Of a DNA stretch of 64,000 bases, positions 1-10,601 are shown piece by piece; position 1 is the first letter of the stretch, and every line of letters begins with the position of its first letter. The notes under the pieces are model-generated. The model did not search any database. It had not been told where the DNA came from and saw nothing but the letters and a program-made list of their open reading frames with translations. The DNA comes from Thecamonas trahens ATCC 50062. Lineage: Eukaryota > Protista > Apusomonadida. The stretch spans positions 159,690 through 223,689 of the forward strand of contig NW_013657625.1 in assembly GCF_000142905.1 (NCBI RefSeq), read 5' to 3'. The translations under genes and the position numbers were made by a program.

Positions 1-193
1 CCAACCCGACGGCGACGGCCCATTCCACCAATCACAAACCCAAGCCCAAGCCCAAGCCCAAGCCGCCGCATACGTTTGCGGTAGAGCACAAGTAAGAAGC
101 GACGTCTCCGGACCGCGACAGCGTAGGAAAGTAATCAAAAGCATACTCACCAAGCTAGCGCGCTCTCGGAACAGGAGCCATGATCCACATCCG

Positions 194-916
194 CTACAGC
201 AGCCCGCACGCGCCGATGACGACGGGTGCCGTCGGGGCGCCAGTACTCGATCCTACGGCCTCGATGGCGTCAAGGACGTCTAGCCCGTCGACGACAGAGC
301 CAAAGACGACATGTTTGCCATCGCACTGTGGCGCAGGTGCAAGAGTGAGGAAAAACTGCGAGGTGTTCGAGTTGCGGCCCGAGTTGGCCATAGAGACCAC
401 GCCGCGGGCATCGTGCTTGCCCTTGAGCCCGGCCTTCTCGTCCTTGAACTTCTTTCCGTAGATCGACTCGCCACCCGAACCATCGCCGCGGACAAAGTCG
501 CCGCCCTGCGCCACAAAGCCCGGGACAATGCGGTGGATGGGAGTGCCGGCGTACGACAGCGCTTTGCCCGAGGCCTTGGACACGCCCTTCTCGCCCGAGC
601 AGAGCGCGGCAAAGTTGGCCACAGCCTTGGGCGCCACCTCGTCATGCAGCTCAATGACTAGCCGTCCTGCACACAGCGACGCCGGCGGCGTCGTCCGCAT
701 CCGCCCCTGGCTGCTGTACTTTGGGTTGCTTGTGTACAGCTCAGCTGCCAGAGCAGCCTGCTCCTCATCAAGCGCAGCCAGCTCGGCGCCGAGCCCGTAC
801 GCGCCGCCCTCGGCCGCCACAAACGCACACCCTCGCGCATACGCCGCGTTCTCCTCGCTCCATGCCGCAGCGTCGCCGATGTGGATGTCCATATACACCC
901 GCGTCCGGCTTGCCAT
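194..916 (-). CDS. Cyclophilin-type peptidyl-prolyl isomerase (C-terminal part of ORF 194-2275; may be fused to the upstream C48-like domain)
   Basis: MASRTRVYMDIHIG...AGRLVIELHDEVAPKAVANFAALCSGEKG...HRIVPGFVAQGGDFVRGDGSGGESIYG...SMANSGRNSNTSQFF...DGKHVVFG. ATG at 916. Confidence 0.9.
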   Translation of the reverse strand: MASRTRVYMDIHIGDAAAWSEENAAYARGCAFVAAEGGAYGLGAELAALDEEQAALAAELYTSNPKYSSQGRMRTTPPASLCAGRLVIELHDEVAPKAVANFAALCSGEKGVSKASGKALSYAGTPIHRIVPGFVAQGGDFVRGDGSGGESIYGKKFKDEKAGLKGKHDARGVVSMANSGRNSNTSQFFLTLAPAPQCDGKHVVFGSVVDGLDVLDAIEAVGSSTGAPTAPVVIGACGLL

Positions 917-2158
917 GGTCGACCACCGGCGGCACGAGTCGAGTGGCTCCGCTGCGCTCTCATTCATTACGCTCCGATTCATTACGCTCCGCTCGACTCG
1001 ATCTTGCGGCCCATCAATCGTCGAGGAGGGGGTGAAAGCCGGTGGCGCGGGGCGGAAGCGATGCTTGCGGCGTAGCCGCCGCGGCGAGGCCAGATAGGCG
1101 GCGTACTGGCGGCCCAGATCGGCGCGGAGCTCCAGGCGGGCACATCGGCCGGCGGCGCGGGTGATGACGTGCAACTGGCTCAGCACCATGTCGCGGACAT
1201 CAAGCGGTGGCATGTCGTCTAAGCCTTCACGCTCGATAGCGGCTAGCACCTCAAAGACAACCTGCCGTCCGAGAGCAACCATGAACCCACAGTTCTGAGA
1301 TGCGCCCGACTGCTGCACAAAGTTGGAGACGCGGCGAAGGCCAAGATCCGCCCCATCGTCGACATTGCCGAGCACGCCAGTTCGCAGTAGGCCGGCAAGC
1401 GTGTCCTCGGCGGCGGTGTCGTTGAGGAAGTGGCCGTGCCCGGTCGGCAGCGAGTCGAGCGAGACAATGTCGATGACGCCGCTTGTTGTGTCCATCGTGC
1501 ACAGCAGCTGCGAATAGTGGCCGCCGTGGAGCCCAGTGACCGGGATCGAGACCAGGATGTGGCGCCAGAGCTCGCGCTCAACGAGCTCCTTGGCAGTGTC
1601 AGGCTCGTCAAGCGAGAGGAACGGAACAACGTCGTAGACGCCGAGCCAAGCAAACGGCGCGCGCTCGTCATCACCCACGGTCCACTCCTTCGGGCCAAGC
1701 TGGTGGGCGAGTCGCTGGCTCAGATACTCCATCCAGTCGACCTCGATTTGCTCCTCCTCTTCAAGCTGCTCCAGCGAGTCGCCCATCAGCGCGAGGTTGT
1801 ACATCTCCGACAAAGCCGCCAGGAACGCCCGCCGCGGCTGCTCATCGGCATCCAGCAGCTCGGCATACAGCTCTGCACCCGACGCCGACGATGACTCGAC
1901 CGCCACCACGTACGAACCGCTAGACTCGCTCTCCGCCGACCCCGATCTCACCAGCTCCGACTCGGACGTCCGCTCCGAGAACGATGGATAGGGTGAGGAC
2001 GACCGAGCGCACGACGAGTACGAGGCCGAGGACGAGGAGGAGGACGACGAAGAGGAGGGAGGGCGGGAAGTTGAAGTTGAAGACTCTGACGAGCTCCTGT
2101 CTGACGATGATGACGACGATGAGTGCGTCGTCGAGGCCGAGTCGTTCGACGACGACAT
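917..2158 (-). CDS. Ser-rich N-terminus plus putative Ulp1/SENP8-like (C48) cysteine peptidase domain, in frame with the cyclophilin
   Basis: GGHYSQLL (His), SLDSL (Asp) and QQSGASQNCGFMV (Gln...Cys) follow the C48 motif order. ATG at 2158; no stop codon before the cyclophilin. Confidence 0.55.
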
Positions 2159-2398
2159 GCGTCGCGAGCGCCGCGAGCGCCGCGAGCGCCGCGAGGACGA
2201 CGTGCGCCGCGAGGACGGCTTGCGGGAACGCCGGGAAGGACCTTGGCCACTACGGCGGGATGAGCAGCACGGCATGGGCAGAGGTGTGGCAGAGAGCGGT
2301 GGGTTGGGGGCCGGGGCTCAGCGGGACATGTCCAGCACCGGGGATCGAGCGGGCAGCGGGCCGGGCGACCGCTTCCCGCTTCCGAGTATGGCTGCCGT

Positions 2399-3586
2399 TT
2401 ATGATGCAGCATCATCGCGGTCGTGGCTGCTAGTTGCACCGTCGGTTGCAGTGACAGAGTCAGGGTCGGCAGGCTCAGCTGGAACTGAAGCCGTAGCGCC
2501 GTCGTGCTCGGTCTCGGCATCCAAAGCAGACTGGAGAATCGAGATGACGTCGGTGATCGTCGGCCGTGCGGCGGGATCGAGAGTGTGCATGCGATGGATG
2601 AGGTCGGTCACAAGTGGGCAGGCAGAGGCCGATGCATCGAGCACCGCCTGAGCTGCTGGTGTGTAGGCGCCAGCGACAATGGCCTGCATGGTGTCCATCT
2701 CGCTCGTGTGCTCAAAGGGGAGCGGGCCAGAGGCGTTGGCCAAGATCATAGCAAAGAGCAGCGTGCCGAGCGACCAGATGTCTGATGCCCTGCCGACGGT
2801 CTTGGGCACTCGTAGTTGCTCGGGTGACATGTACGGGACGGTGCCGGCAAACGGAAGGCGTCGGACACCCGGAGTGGCCAGCAGCTTGGCCTCGTAGCCA
2901 CGAGCAGCAGCAGCGAGCGGTGAGTCGTCCAGGACTCGGACACAGCCCATGTCGATGAGTACTGCCAAAGGAAGATCGGCGTCCGGATTCGAGGCCAAAA
3001 CCACGTTCTCAAGCTTGACATCGCGGTGAACAAGGCCAAGAGCATGCAACCACTCCAGTGCACGGGCGACGTCGAGAGCAACTGCGAGTCGGGCGCGTAG
3101 CGGACGTGGCGTCGCCAGCCAGTCCGCAGCATCGCCGCCGGCATACAGTGGCAGGACAAAGTAGAACATGTCTGGTGCGGCCATGATGCCGGCTACACGC
3201 GGGAGCGATGCCGGCGGCGGCGCATCGGCCCCGGCCGGCGGCGCGAGTATGGCCTTGTACACGTCGCGCTCGATCATGATGGCAGCCTCCTGGTGCTCGC
3301 GGCGGACGGCGCGACGAGACACAGCCTTGACGGCGTACTTCCTGCCTGAAGCCAGTGCATCCCCGCCGCTTGCAGTGGCATCAGACGCATCGGAGGCTGT
3401 CGGCGCCGCATCAGAGGCGGCAAAGACCTGAGCGAAGCGGCCCTCGCCCACGGCCTTGCCCAGGACCAGCTGTCGGGTGCTGCGGATGTGCATGGCGTGA
3501 AGAGGCGGAGGGGTGGAGGCGGAGGGCGAGGAGGGCGACGACGAAGAGGAGGAGGACGAGGAGGAGGACGAGGAGGGCAGCGACAT
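2399..3586 (-). CDS. Ser/Thr protein kinase
   Basis: GEGRFAQV glycine loop, YAVK, HRDVKLEN, DMG (DFG variant), GTVPYMSPE, DIWSLG. Confidence 0.92.
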   Translation of the reverse strand: MSLPSSSSSSSSSSSSSPSSPSASTPPPLHAMHIRSTRQLVLGKAVGEGRFAQVFAASDAAPTASDASDATASGGDALASGRKYAVKAVSRRAVRREHQEAAIMIERDVYKAILAPPAGADAPPPASLPRVAGIMAAPDMFYFVLPLYAGGDAADWLATPRPLRARLAVALDVARALEWLHALGLVHRDVKLENVVLASNPDADLPLAVLIDMGCVRVLDDSPLAAAARGYEAKLLATPGVRRLPFAGTVPYMSPEQLRVPKTVGRASDIWSLGTLLFAMILANASGPLPFEHTSEMDTMQAIVAGAYTPAAQAVLDASASACPLVTDLIHRMHTLDPAARPTITDVISILQSALDAETEHDGATASVPAEPADPDSVTATDGATSSHDRDDAAS

Positions 3587-3737
3587 GGTGGGCGAGGAGT
3601 GTTTGCTTCGGCGGTAGGTGAGCGACGAGTGTGGGGCGGCAGCGGCTCAAATGCGGCCGGCTGCGAAGCGGATCGAGGCAAGAAGCAGGCAGAGTGTACG
3701 GCTGTCGGTAGTGTACGGCTATCGGCAAATCAGCGGA

Positions 3738-4673
3738 CTACGGAGGAAAGGTGGGTGCAGTCGGGTCGAGTGCGGCTTGCGTCTCGGCCATTAGGGCTTG
3801 GACGTGGTGGAACGACTCGCCGAGCGCAAAGGAGGCATCGTCGAGGTCGTCGTCGCCAAAGGTGGCGTCCAGCTCGTGATCCATGAGCGAGTCAGTGAGG
3901 TTCGCCTGAGTCTCGAGCGAAGCGCGAAGGACTGACCAGTGCAGATCTTCGCCATCAAAGGCCTGCCCCAGCGCCGACAACGCCGGGCGCACGTCGCCGC
4001 CGCTCTCGTTCAAGCTGCCGCTCTCGCTCTCGCCGCCAGCCTCAAAAACTTCAATGCGGCGGTAGGCCTCGTCAAGCAGCGCCTGCCATTGCGCACGCTC
4101 CTCGCGCCGCTTGCTCCGCTGGGCCTGGACAGCCTCCCGGAGCGAGACAACCTTGTCTTTGAGCTGATGGGTCAGGCGCGCGTACGATGCGATCTTGCCC
4201 GCCGCCCGCGCCACCGAGGCCTCGGCCTCGGCTAGCAGCGGGCGGGCGGCCTTGGCCGCGGCAGCCAGCTCGCGCAGCTGGGCATTCTCGGCCCGCAGCT
4301 CGGTAAGCTCGTCGCCAGCACTAACATCGTCCATGGATCCCGGGCCTGCGTCTGCAGCATCGCCTGGAGCGCCGTCGACAGCGGCGTCTCCAGACCAGGC
4401 GTCGGACCAGACCGACAGCTCTGGATCCTGCGAGACGCCAAACGATGGCGGGTCATCAACATCGTTGTCTGCGGTTTCATCAGCTGCCCGCAACGCTGCT
4501 GAACTCGCTGCGCCCGGCTCTGTCTCGCCCGTAGCCTCATCACGCTCGGTGCCACCGCTGCGCGAGCCTGCCTCACCGTGCCCGCCGCCGTAGTCCTCGT
4601 CGCCGTCGCCTCCGGACCAGTAGCTGCCGCCGTCGTCGACCGACGAGACCGAGGCATAGCCTGCCAGCTCCAT
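3738..4673 (-). CDS. Hypothetical acidic/coiled-coil protein
   Basis: Open frame from ATG 4673 (MELAGYASV), with heptad-rich segment ELTELRAENAQLRELA...KLVSLREAVQAQR-like. Confidence 0.6.
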   Translation of the reverse strand: MELAGYASVSSVDDGGSYWSGGDGDEDYGGGHGEAGSRSGGTERDEATGETEPGAASSAALRAADETADNDVDDPPSFGVSQDPELSVWSDAWSGDAAVDGAPGDAADAGPGSMDDVSAGDELTELRAENAQLRELAAAAKAARPLLAEAEASVARAAGKIASYARLTHQLKDKVVSLREAVQAQRSKRREERAQWQALLDEAYRRIEVFEAGGESESGSLNESGGDVRPALSALGQAFDGEDLHWSVLRASLETQANLTDSLMDHELDATFGDDDLDDASFALGESFHHVQALMAETQAALDPTAPTFPP

Positions 4674-5065
4674 GCCTCTGACGGCGGGTCTTTGCGTGAA
4701 GAGTGCTGTCCCGTGTGATTGGCGTGTGTCGGAGCCGGAGGTCAGTTGCCGGTGGCAGGCCGGCGGGCGGGCGAGGGGGCAGGCGGGCGGGCGGGCGGTC
4801 GGGCGGTCGGGCGAGCTGACGGTTGGGTGGATTGGCTCATCGGATGGCTTCGGTTTTGGGGAACATGCCTGGAGAAGGCTGGCAGGGGGCCACCGCGACC
4901 ACCGCCACCAACGCCACCACCGCCAACACACCACTCGCACACGCCCACACTATCATCAGCTGCACCTCTCTGTGGGGTGGCAAGCGAGTACCGGTTGCGG
5001 GTTTACACACACACTCTCTCTCTCTCTCTCTCCTCCCTCCTCCCTTCCCCCCTCGGTCAGGCGCC

Positions 5066-5914
5066 ATGGGTGCGTCGACGTCCAAGAAGGACAACACCCG
5101 CACGCCGCACAGCGACGAGGGTGCAGAGGGCGGGAGCAGGGGCGCAGCAGTCGAGACCCCGGTCAGACGTGGGCATGGTGTGGGCGTGGAGGGAGGCACG
5201 GAGCTGGGAGGAAGCCGACAGGAAGGAAGCGGGAGCGAGAGCGGGGCGCGGGCTCGGGCGACAGCGGCGACGACGTCGATTCAGGCGCCAACGAGCGGGA
5301 GCGGGGTGGCGCCTGTGGGCGGACGGGCAACGCTGGTGCCGACGGTGTTTCGGTGGATGGGCGGCGGAAAGTCTGTCTTTGTCTCGGGCTCGTTTGACGG
5401 GTGGGCGACGCGTATTCCGCTGGCCAAGTCGACGTCGGACTTTGCGACCATCATCGATGTGCCGCCAGGCACCCACGAGTACAAGTTCATTGTGGATGGG
5501 ACGTGGCAGCATGCGCCGGACCAACCTGCGATGGAGCACACTGATGGCAACCGCAACAACGTGGTCAACGTGTCAGTTGCCGAGGTGTTCTCGGATGAGG
5601 AGTGGATCGATGGCGACACCGGAATCGCACCCGAGGACGAGAACGAGGACGACGAGGGATGGGGCCAGGTCGAGCCCGATGCACCCGACCAGTACGCGCG
5701 CCCGCCCAAGTCGGTGCCACCGCACCTCATGAGATGTATTCTCAACACGTGGCAGTCGAAGGACAACGCGGCGGTCCTTCCTATCCCGCACCATACCCAG
5801 ATCTCGCACCTGTACCTGCAGCGCGGCTCGCAGCCGCACCTCATGTCGATTGCCACCACCGTCCGATACCGACGCAAGTTTGTGACCACGGTTTACAATG
5901 CGCCTGCGGTGTAG
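5066..5914 (+). CDS. PRKAB: 5'-AMP-activated protein kinase beta subunit
   Basis: Myristoylation-type start MGASTS; CBM48 (VPTVFRWMGGGKSVFVSGSFDGW...HEYKFIVDGTWQH...GNRNN); C-terminal PPSVPPHL...LPIPHH...HLY...RYRRKFVTTVY-type motifs. Confidence 0.95.
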   Translation: MGASTSKKDNTRTPHSDEGAEGGSRGAAVETPVRRGHGVGVEGGTELGGSRQEGSGSESGARARATAATTSIQAPTSGSGVAPVGGRATLVPTVFRWMGGGKSVFVSGSFDGWATRIPLAKSTSDFATIIDVPPGTHEYKFIVDGTWQHAPDQPAMEHTDGNRNNVVNVSVAEVFSDEEWIDGDTGIAPEDENEDDEGWGQVEPDAPDQYARPPKSVPPHLMRCILNTWQSKDNAAVLPIPHHTQISHLYLQRGSQPHLMSIATTVRYRRKFVTTVYNAPAV

Positions 5915-5917
5915 AGG

Positions 5918-8900
5918 TCAGGGACCGGCCCGCGAGCGGCGGAAGATGGACGATTTGCGCTTCTTGCTCGCGCCGGCAGCGCCGCCAATGGAGCGCGGCT
6001 CGACACGGAGCGAGGTGGTGTACAACGATTTCTCGTCCTGGACGGGCGCGTTGAAAATGAAGCGCTGAACAGAGAGGAGCGGTGCGAGTGCGTAGTACCC
6101 GGCGTAGTAGCCCTGGAGCTCCGAGACAATGCGGGTGACCATGCGCGCCTTTTCCATGTTGATCATGTCCTCGCCTACGTGGTCGGTGTTGCCATCGTCG
6201 GCAAAGGTGAGGTCGGTGAGGAAGAGACCGATGTACGGGACGCTCGGCGGCGTGGCGGCCTTGAGCTTGCTGCGGTAAGCGCCAAAGTTGGACGAGGTGG
6301 ACATGATGGCGGAAATAGACTCAAACTCTTCGACCACCTTGGGCTCGACCGCTGCCCATGTCAGCTTCAGCCGTGAGATGGCTGCCGAGTGCAGCGCTGA
6401 GAGCACCTCCATGATGCCGTTAAAGTTGTCGAGGGCGAGGAGGTGGCGGGCGACGGCGACGTAGTACTTGATGAGGAAGGCCCGCCGCTCAACCGAGGGC
6501 GAGGCGAGGACTTGCGTGGCGATCATGCCCGAGACGTGGTTGAAGAACTCGATGAGGGCGAGGAGATGCGGCGCGTTGCGCTCCTTGCCCTTCTTTGCCC
6601 ACGCCTGCTTCATAAACTCTTTGGCCTGGATCGCCCGCAAGAGTGAGTGCTCCATCAGCGTCAACTGCCGCGCGAGCTCCTTCGGCTCAACTTGAGTTAC
6701 GGCCGTCACTTGCAGTACGTCAGGCATCATAGTGGGCGGTGCCGCGATGGCCGCGCGTGCAAACTCGAATTGCGAAGCGTTGCGCTCAAACAGCAGCAGC
6801 TCCATGGTGTCGAGCAGCCATTGCGCGAGTGCAAGGTGCCAGTGCCACTTGTTTTGCACGCTCTCGTCGTTGTCCGAGTCGCTTCTGGTGTTGGGCTCGC
6901 CGTCATTGCCGTCATCATCATCGTCGTCGTCCACAGCACCGAGCGCATGGAGAAAGGCGCACACAGCCCTGCGGACGCCACGGTCTTCAAAGTCGTACGG
7001 ATGGGCATACATCCACCTGCGGAGAAGGAGAAAGACGCCGAGCTGGGTGTGGGCAGCGTGAAAGGCAGCCGGCTCGTCGCCCCACACTCCAACCAGCACC
7101 TCCATGAGTTCGGCCTCGAGCTCGCGTTCGGTGTAGCGAGCAGCCCGCTCGAGCATCGAATCCTCGAGCTTGGTTCGCTCCAGCGAGTGGGCATCGAGAA
7201 CGGCCTCGACAGCAAAGCGAACAGCATCGCCTTCGAGCGGCGCTGCGACGGATGAGAGCGCGTCTGCAGCGGCGCGTAGCTCGGCGAGCGCCGTCGGCGC
7301 GTCGGCGCCCTCGGCCTGTGGCACAACAGCATCAGGCACGGCAGAGGCCTCCCAGAACCGGGCGATAACAAGGTTGGCAAAGCGAGGAGGCGAGACATAA
7401 CAGCGGTATGTGAGGAGCGCAGCGTCGGTGAGCGTCGAGCAGGAGAGCAGGCCGTCAGTGATGGCATCCACGAGCTTTTCGACGGTGAGGCCACCGTAGA
7501 TGGTGCCCATAGAGAAGAAGCCGGGCTCGGCGGCGTCGTCGACAGCAACATTGACGCCGGGAATGTGCTCCTCTTGGAACAGGTACATGCCGCGCTCGAG
7601 CTGCGAGGTCAGCTGGGCAAAATAAACATCAAGGTCGAGTGAGTTGTCAGCGTTGCGAATCGAGTCTGCAAGGGCGAGGCGCGGCGAGTCAAGATGGACA
7701 TCAGCGAGGCCATCAAAGGCTTTGGAGAGGCCCAGGTTTGGATGGCTGCGCTCGGCGGCGGCCTCGGCCTCAATGGCCTTGAGCTCGTCGTCGGTGAGGG
7801 CAGAGCCGGAGTGAAAAGTGACCTTGCGGCGGCGCGACTCGGCGGCACGCTCGGCAGCGGCGGCGGCCCCAGCGTCGGCGATGACTTTTTTCCACAGCGC
7901 ACGAGCCTTGGACCGGCGGAAGAAGCGCTGGATAATGCACGCCGACTCGTACTCGAGCAGCTTGTGCTGGTAGTCGGCTAGCAGCTTTTGCTGGTAGTTG
8001 ACGGCGAGGGCGAGCTGGATGACCCGAATAAACCGCCGGCGGGAGAGCCATGCCCGGACAAACTTCTGGACCAAGCGGGCAGCCGGTGAGTAAAGCGAGG
8101 CTTGTAGCGAGCCAAGGTATGCGAGCGTCGACGGGACGTCCAGCTCGCCGCCCTTGCGCTTGACTTTGACACCAGTTGCGGCCTCGATGCCCTTGACAAA
8201 CGACTTGGCGAGCGGGTTGGCCGACATGTCGAGGCTCTCGAGCGCCGCCAGTGCTGCCAGCGCTGCCGGCAGCTCGGAGAGCTTGTTGTGAGCAAGGTCG
8301 AGGGTGCGGAGGGCGGTGCAGGAGCCCAGCGCCGAGGGAAGCGACTCGAGCACGTTGTGGGCGAGGCGGAGCTCGACAAGCGCGGTGCAGCTTCGGATCG
8401 AGTGTGGGATGGTGGCGAGCTTGTTCTCGCTCGCGTCGAGCACCTCCAGCGCGGCAAGGGTGCCAATACAGCCGGGGAGGGCAGTGAGCTTGTTGTGGGC
8501 GAGGCGGAGGATGCGGAGCGCAGAGTGTGGAGACGCCACGCGCGGCGAGCGCGGCACTGCCAGCGCGTTGAGGCTGTCAGTCGAGAGGGCGCGGCCACCA
8601 TCAGTGGCCAGCTCGTGCAATGAGGCTGAGGAGCCGCCGCGAACAAGCGACGCGAGCGCTTCCCCCGAGCGCGACGGAAGCCGGAGCCGCGGAGTCGACG
8701 GCCTTGCGGACTCGCGCGATGTCGTCGCGCTGGATGACGCTCTGGCCGAGTTGGCGGCGGCAGCAAGCTCGACGAGTGGTTTCTCCGAGTCGAGAAGAGC
8801 TGGGCCGATGCGATTGGCGTTGGCAGCGAGGTCTGCGAGCGCCGGGAGGGTGAGCAGCTCGCCGGGGAGCGAGACGAGGCGGTTGTTGTCGAGGTCGATG

Positions 8901-9301
8901 CGAACGAGAGTAGTGAGGCGGGCCACATCGGAGGGGATGCGCTTGATGGCGTTGTCCGAGGCAAAGAGGCCTGTGAGCGACGAGAGCGACCAGAGCGCGG
9001 CAGGCAAGAGGACAAGCTTATTGTTGGAGAGGGTGAGCTGGGTGAGTCCGGCGCAGTGGGCGAGGGCGTCGGGCAGGTCGGCCAGCTTGTTGTCCGCCAG
9101 ATTGAGGGCTGTGAGGGCAGTAAGGGCGGGGATAGCGGTATCGTCGACCGACTTGAGCCCGTTGTGCTCGAGCGAGAGCGCCGTCAGCGACGACGCTAAC
9201 GGGGTGAGGTCTGGCAGCTTGGAGAGCTTGAGGCCTGCGAGCGAGAGCGTGGGCGAGCCCGTGTCCGCGGCAGCCGCCACAGCTTTGCCCGCCTTTTTCA
9301 T
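5918..9301 (-). CDS. LRR + IQ-motif + RasGEF (REM/CDC25) protein
   Basis: Two LRR blocks (LxxLxLxxNxL), IQ-like VQKFVRAWLSRRRF and IIQRFFRRSKAR, and CDC25 motifs ELARQLTLME, NFNGIMEVLSAL, NFGAYR, VPYIGLFLTDLTF. ATG at 9301. Confidence 0.92.
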   Translation of the reverse strand: MKKAGKAVAAAADTGSPTLSLAGLKLSKLPDLTPLASSLTALSLEHNGLKSVDDTAIPALTALTALNLADNKLADLPDALAHCAGLTQLTLSNNKLVLLPAALWSLSSLTGLFASDNAIKRIPSDVARLTTLVRIDLDNNRLVSLPGELLTLPALADLAANANRIGPALLDSEKPLVELAAAANSARASSSATTSRESARPSTPRLRLPSRSGEALASLVRGGSSASLHELATDGGRALSTDSLNALAVPRSPRVASPHSALRILRLAHNKLTALPGCIGTLAALEVLDASENKLATIPHSIRSCTALVELRLAHNVLESLPSALGSCTALRTLDLAHNKLSELPAALAALAALESLDMSANPLAKSFVKGIEAATGVKVKRKGGELDVPSTLAYLGSLQASLYSPAARLVQKFVRAWLSRRRFIRVIQLALAVNYQQKLLADYQHKLLEYESACIIQRFFRRSKARALWKKVIADAGAAAAAERAAESRRRKVTFHSGSALTDDELKAIEAEAAAERSHPNLGLSKAFDGLADVHLDSPRLALADSIRNADNSLDLDVYFAQLTSQLERGMYLFQEEHIPGVNVAVDDAAEPGFFSMGTIYGGLTVEKLVDAITDGLLSCSTLTDAALLTYRCYVSPPRFANLVIARFWEASAVPDAVVPQAEGADAPTALAELRAAADALSSVAAPLEGDAVRFAVEAVLDAHSLERTKLEDSMLERAARYTERELEAELMEVLVGVWGDEPAAFHAAHTQLGVFLLLRRWMYAHPYDFEDRGVRRAVCAFLHALGAVDDDDDDDGNDGEPNTRSDSDNDESVQNKWHWHLALAQWLLDTMELLLFERNASQFEFARAAIAAPPTMMPDVLQVTAVTQVEPKELARQLTLMEHSLLRAIQAKEFMKQAWAKKGKERNAPHLLALIEFFNHVSGMIATQVLASPSVERRAFLIKYYVAVARHLLALDNFNGIMEVLSALHSAAISRLKLTWAAVEPKVVEEFESISAIMSTSSNFGAYRSKLKAATPPSVPYIGLFLTDLTFADDGNTDHVGEDMINMEKARMVTRIVSELQGYYAGYYALAPLLSVQRFIFNAPVQDEKSLYTTSLRVEPRSIGGAAGASKKRKSSIFRRSRAGP

Positions 9302-9677
9302 TTGGGGGGCGGCGTGGGGGTGGCGTGGGGGTGGGGGTAGGGTGGGGGTGGGTGGCGTGGGGGTGGCGTAGGGGTGGCGTGGGGGTGGCGTGAAGAGGCG
9401 TGGACGTGGGCGTAGGCGAGGGTGGCAAAGTGGCAGCAGTGGCAGCAGTGACCGGGGCTGTGGCAGGCAATTTGGCCTTTGGCCGTGCGAGCGGTGGCTT
9501 TTCGGCGAGTGTGGATTGACGGCTGGGGGGCAAGTTGGTGGCGGTGGCGGTGGTGGTGGGCGGTGGTCGGAAGGTCGGAAGCAAAGCGGAGCGGGAAGGG
9601 CCACCTCACGTCGGTTGCAAACGCAGCGGTCGGCAATTGCGGTCAGAAGTACTTTGAGCAGATAGAGAGTGTTTAGG

Positions 9678-10601
9678 ATGAACAAGGTGTGGATGGTGGT
9701 TGTTGTGGTCGGCCTGGTCGGCTTGGTGGTGCTCCTCTCGCCGCCGCGGCAGCAGAAGCAGTACGTCCAGGTCCAGCCGACCGACTCAGGCAAGGCGACG
9801 GGCAAGGGCATGCGGCCGGGGCTAGTGAAGAAGGTGAAGAAGGAGCCCAAGTTTGCTTTTCACGAGATTGTGGAGCACGACCGGTACTCGTCCAAGCTCT
9901 GGCCGGAGGGCGTGTCGTACCACCGGGTATGGTTCGACACTGGCGCGCCGTACCACTCCAAGTCGCCGCGCCCGACGGTTGTCCTCCTCCATGGCTCAGC
10001 CTTTAACCGTGGCGTGTGGGGCGAGGCGACTGGGACGCTCAAAGCGCTTACCGAGTCGGGCATCCGCGCCGTGGCGCTCGATCTCCCGGGTTTTGCGCAC
10101 ACCAAGACCCCGCCGCTGACCAAGGGTTCGTCCAGGACCGAGTTCCTCGAGACGCTGCTGGCGGCCGAGGATCCGACCGGCATGGCTCCCGCACTCGCTG
10201 ATGTTGAGGTCTTCAAGCACGTCCGCGTCACTCCGCCGTATGTGCTGGTGGCGCCGTCGGCAAGCGCGCCGCTGGCGGTCGACTTTGCGCTGGCCCATCC
10301 GGAGCTTGTCGACGGCCTCGTCCTCGTTGCCCCGGTCGGCCTCAAGCCGTACGCCAAGCAGCTCAAGGCCGAGTATACCGGGCGAGTCATGTTTGTGTAC
10401 GGGACCGCCGATCCGTTGTTTGAGAAGCGGGTCGAGGTGTGGGACTACTTCCCTCGCGCCAACTCGCTCGTCGAGGTCGACATCCTCGACGGCTCGCACC
10501 CGGCGTATCTCGACGAGCCGGCCAAGTTTAACGCCCATCTCGCGGCCTTTATCACCGTGCCTGCGCCTCAGCCCGACGCTCGGGACAAGTCTGATCTGTA
10601 G
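9678..10601 (+). CDS. ABHD14: ABHD14-like alpha/beta hydrolase with N-terminal membrane anchor
   Basis: VVLLHGSAF, ALDLPGF, APSASAP nucleophile elbow, VYGTAD, HPAYLD; hydrophobic N-terminus. Confidence 0.8.
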   Translation: MNKVWMVVVVVGLVGLVVLLSPPRQQKQYVQVQPTDSGKATGKGMRPGLVKKVKKEPKFAFHEIVEHDRYSSKLWPEGVSYHRVWFDTGAPYHSKSPRPTVVLLHGSAFNRGVWGEATGTLKALTESGIRAVALDLPGFAHTKTPPLTKGSSRTEFLETLLAAEDPTGMAPALADVEVFKHVRVTPPYVLVAPSASAPLAVDFALAHPELVDGLVLVAPVGLKPYAKQLKAEYTGRVMFVYGTADPLFEKRVEVWDYFPRANSLVEVDILDGSHPAYLDEPAKFNAHLAAFITVPAPQPDARDKSDL

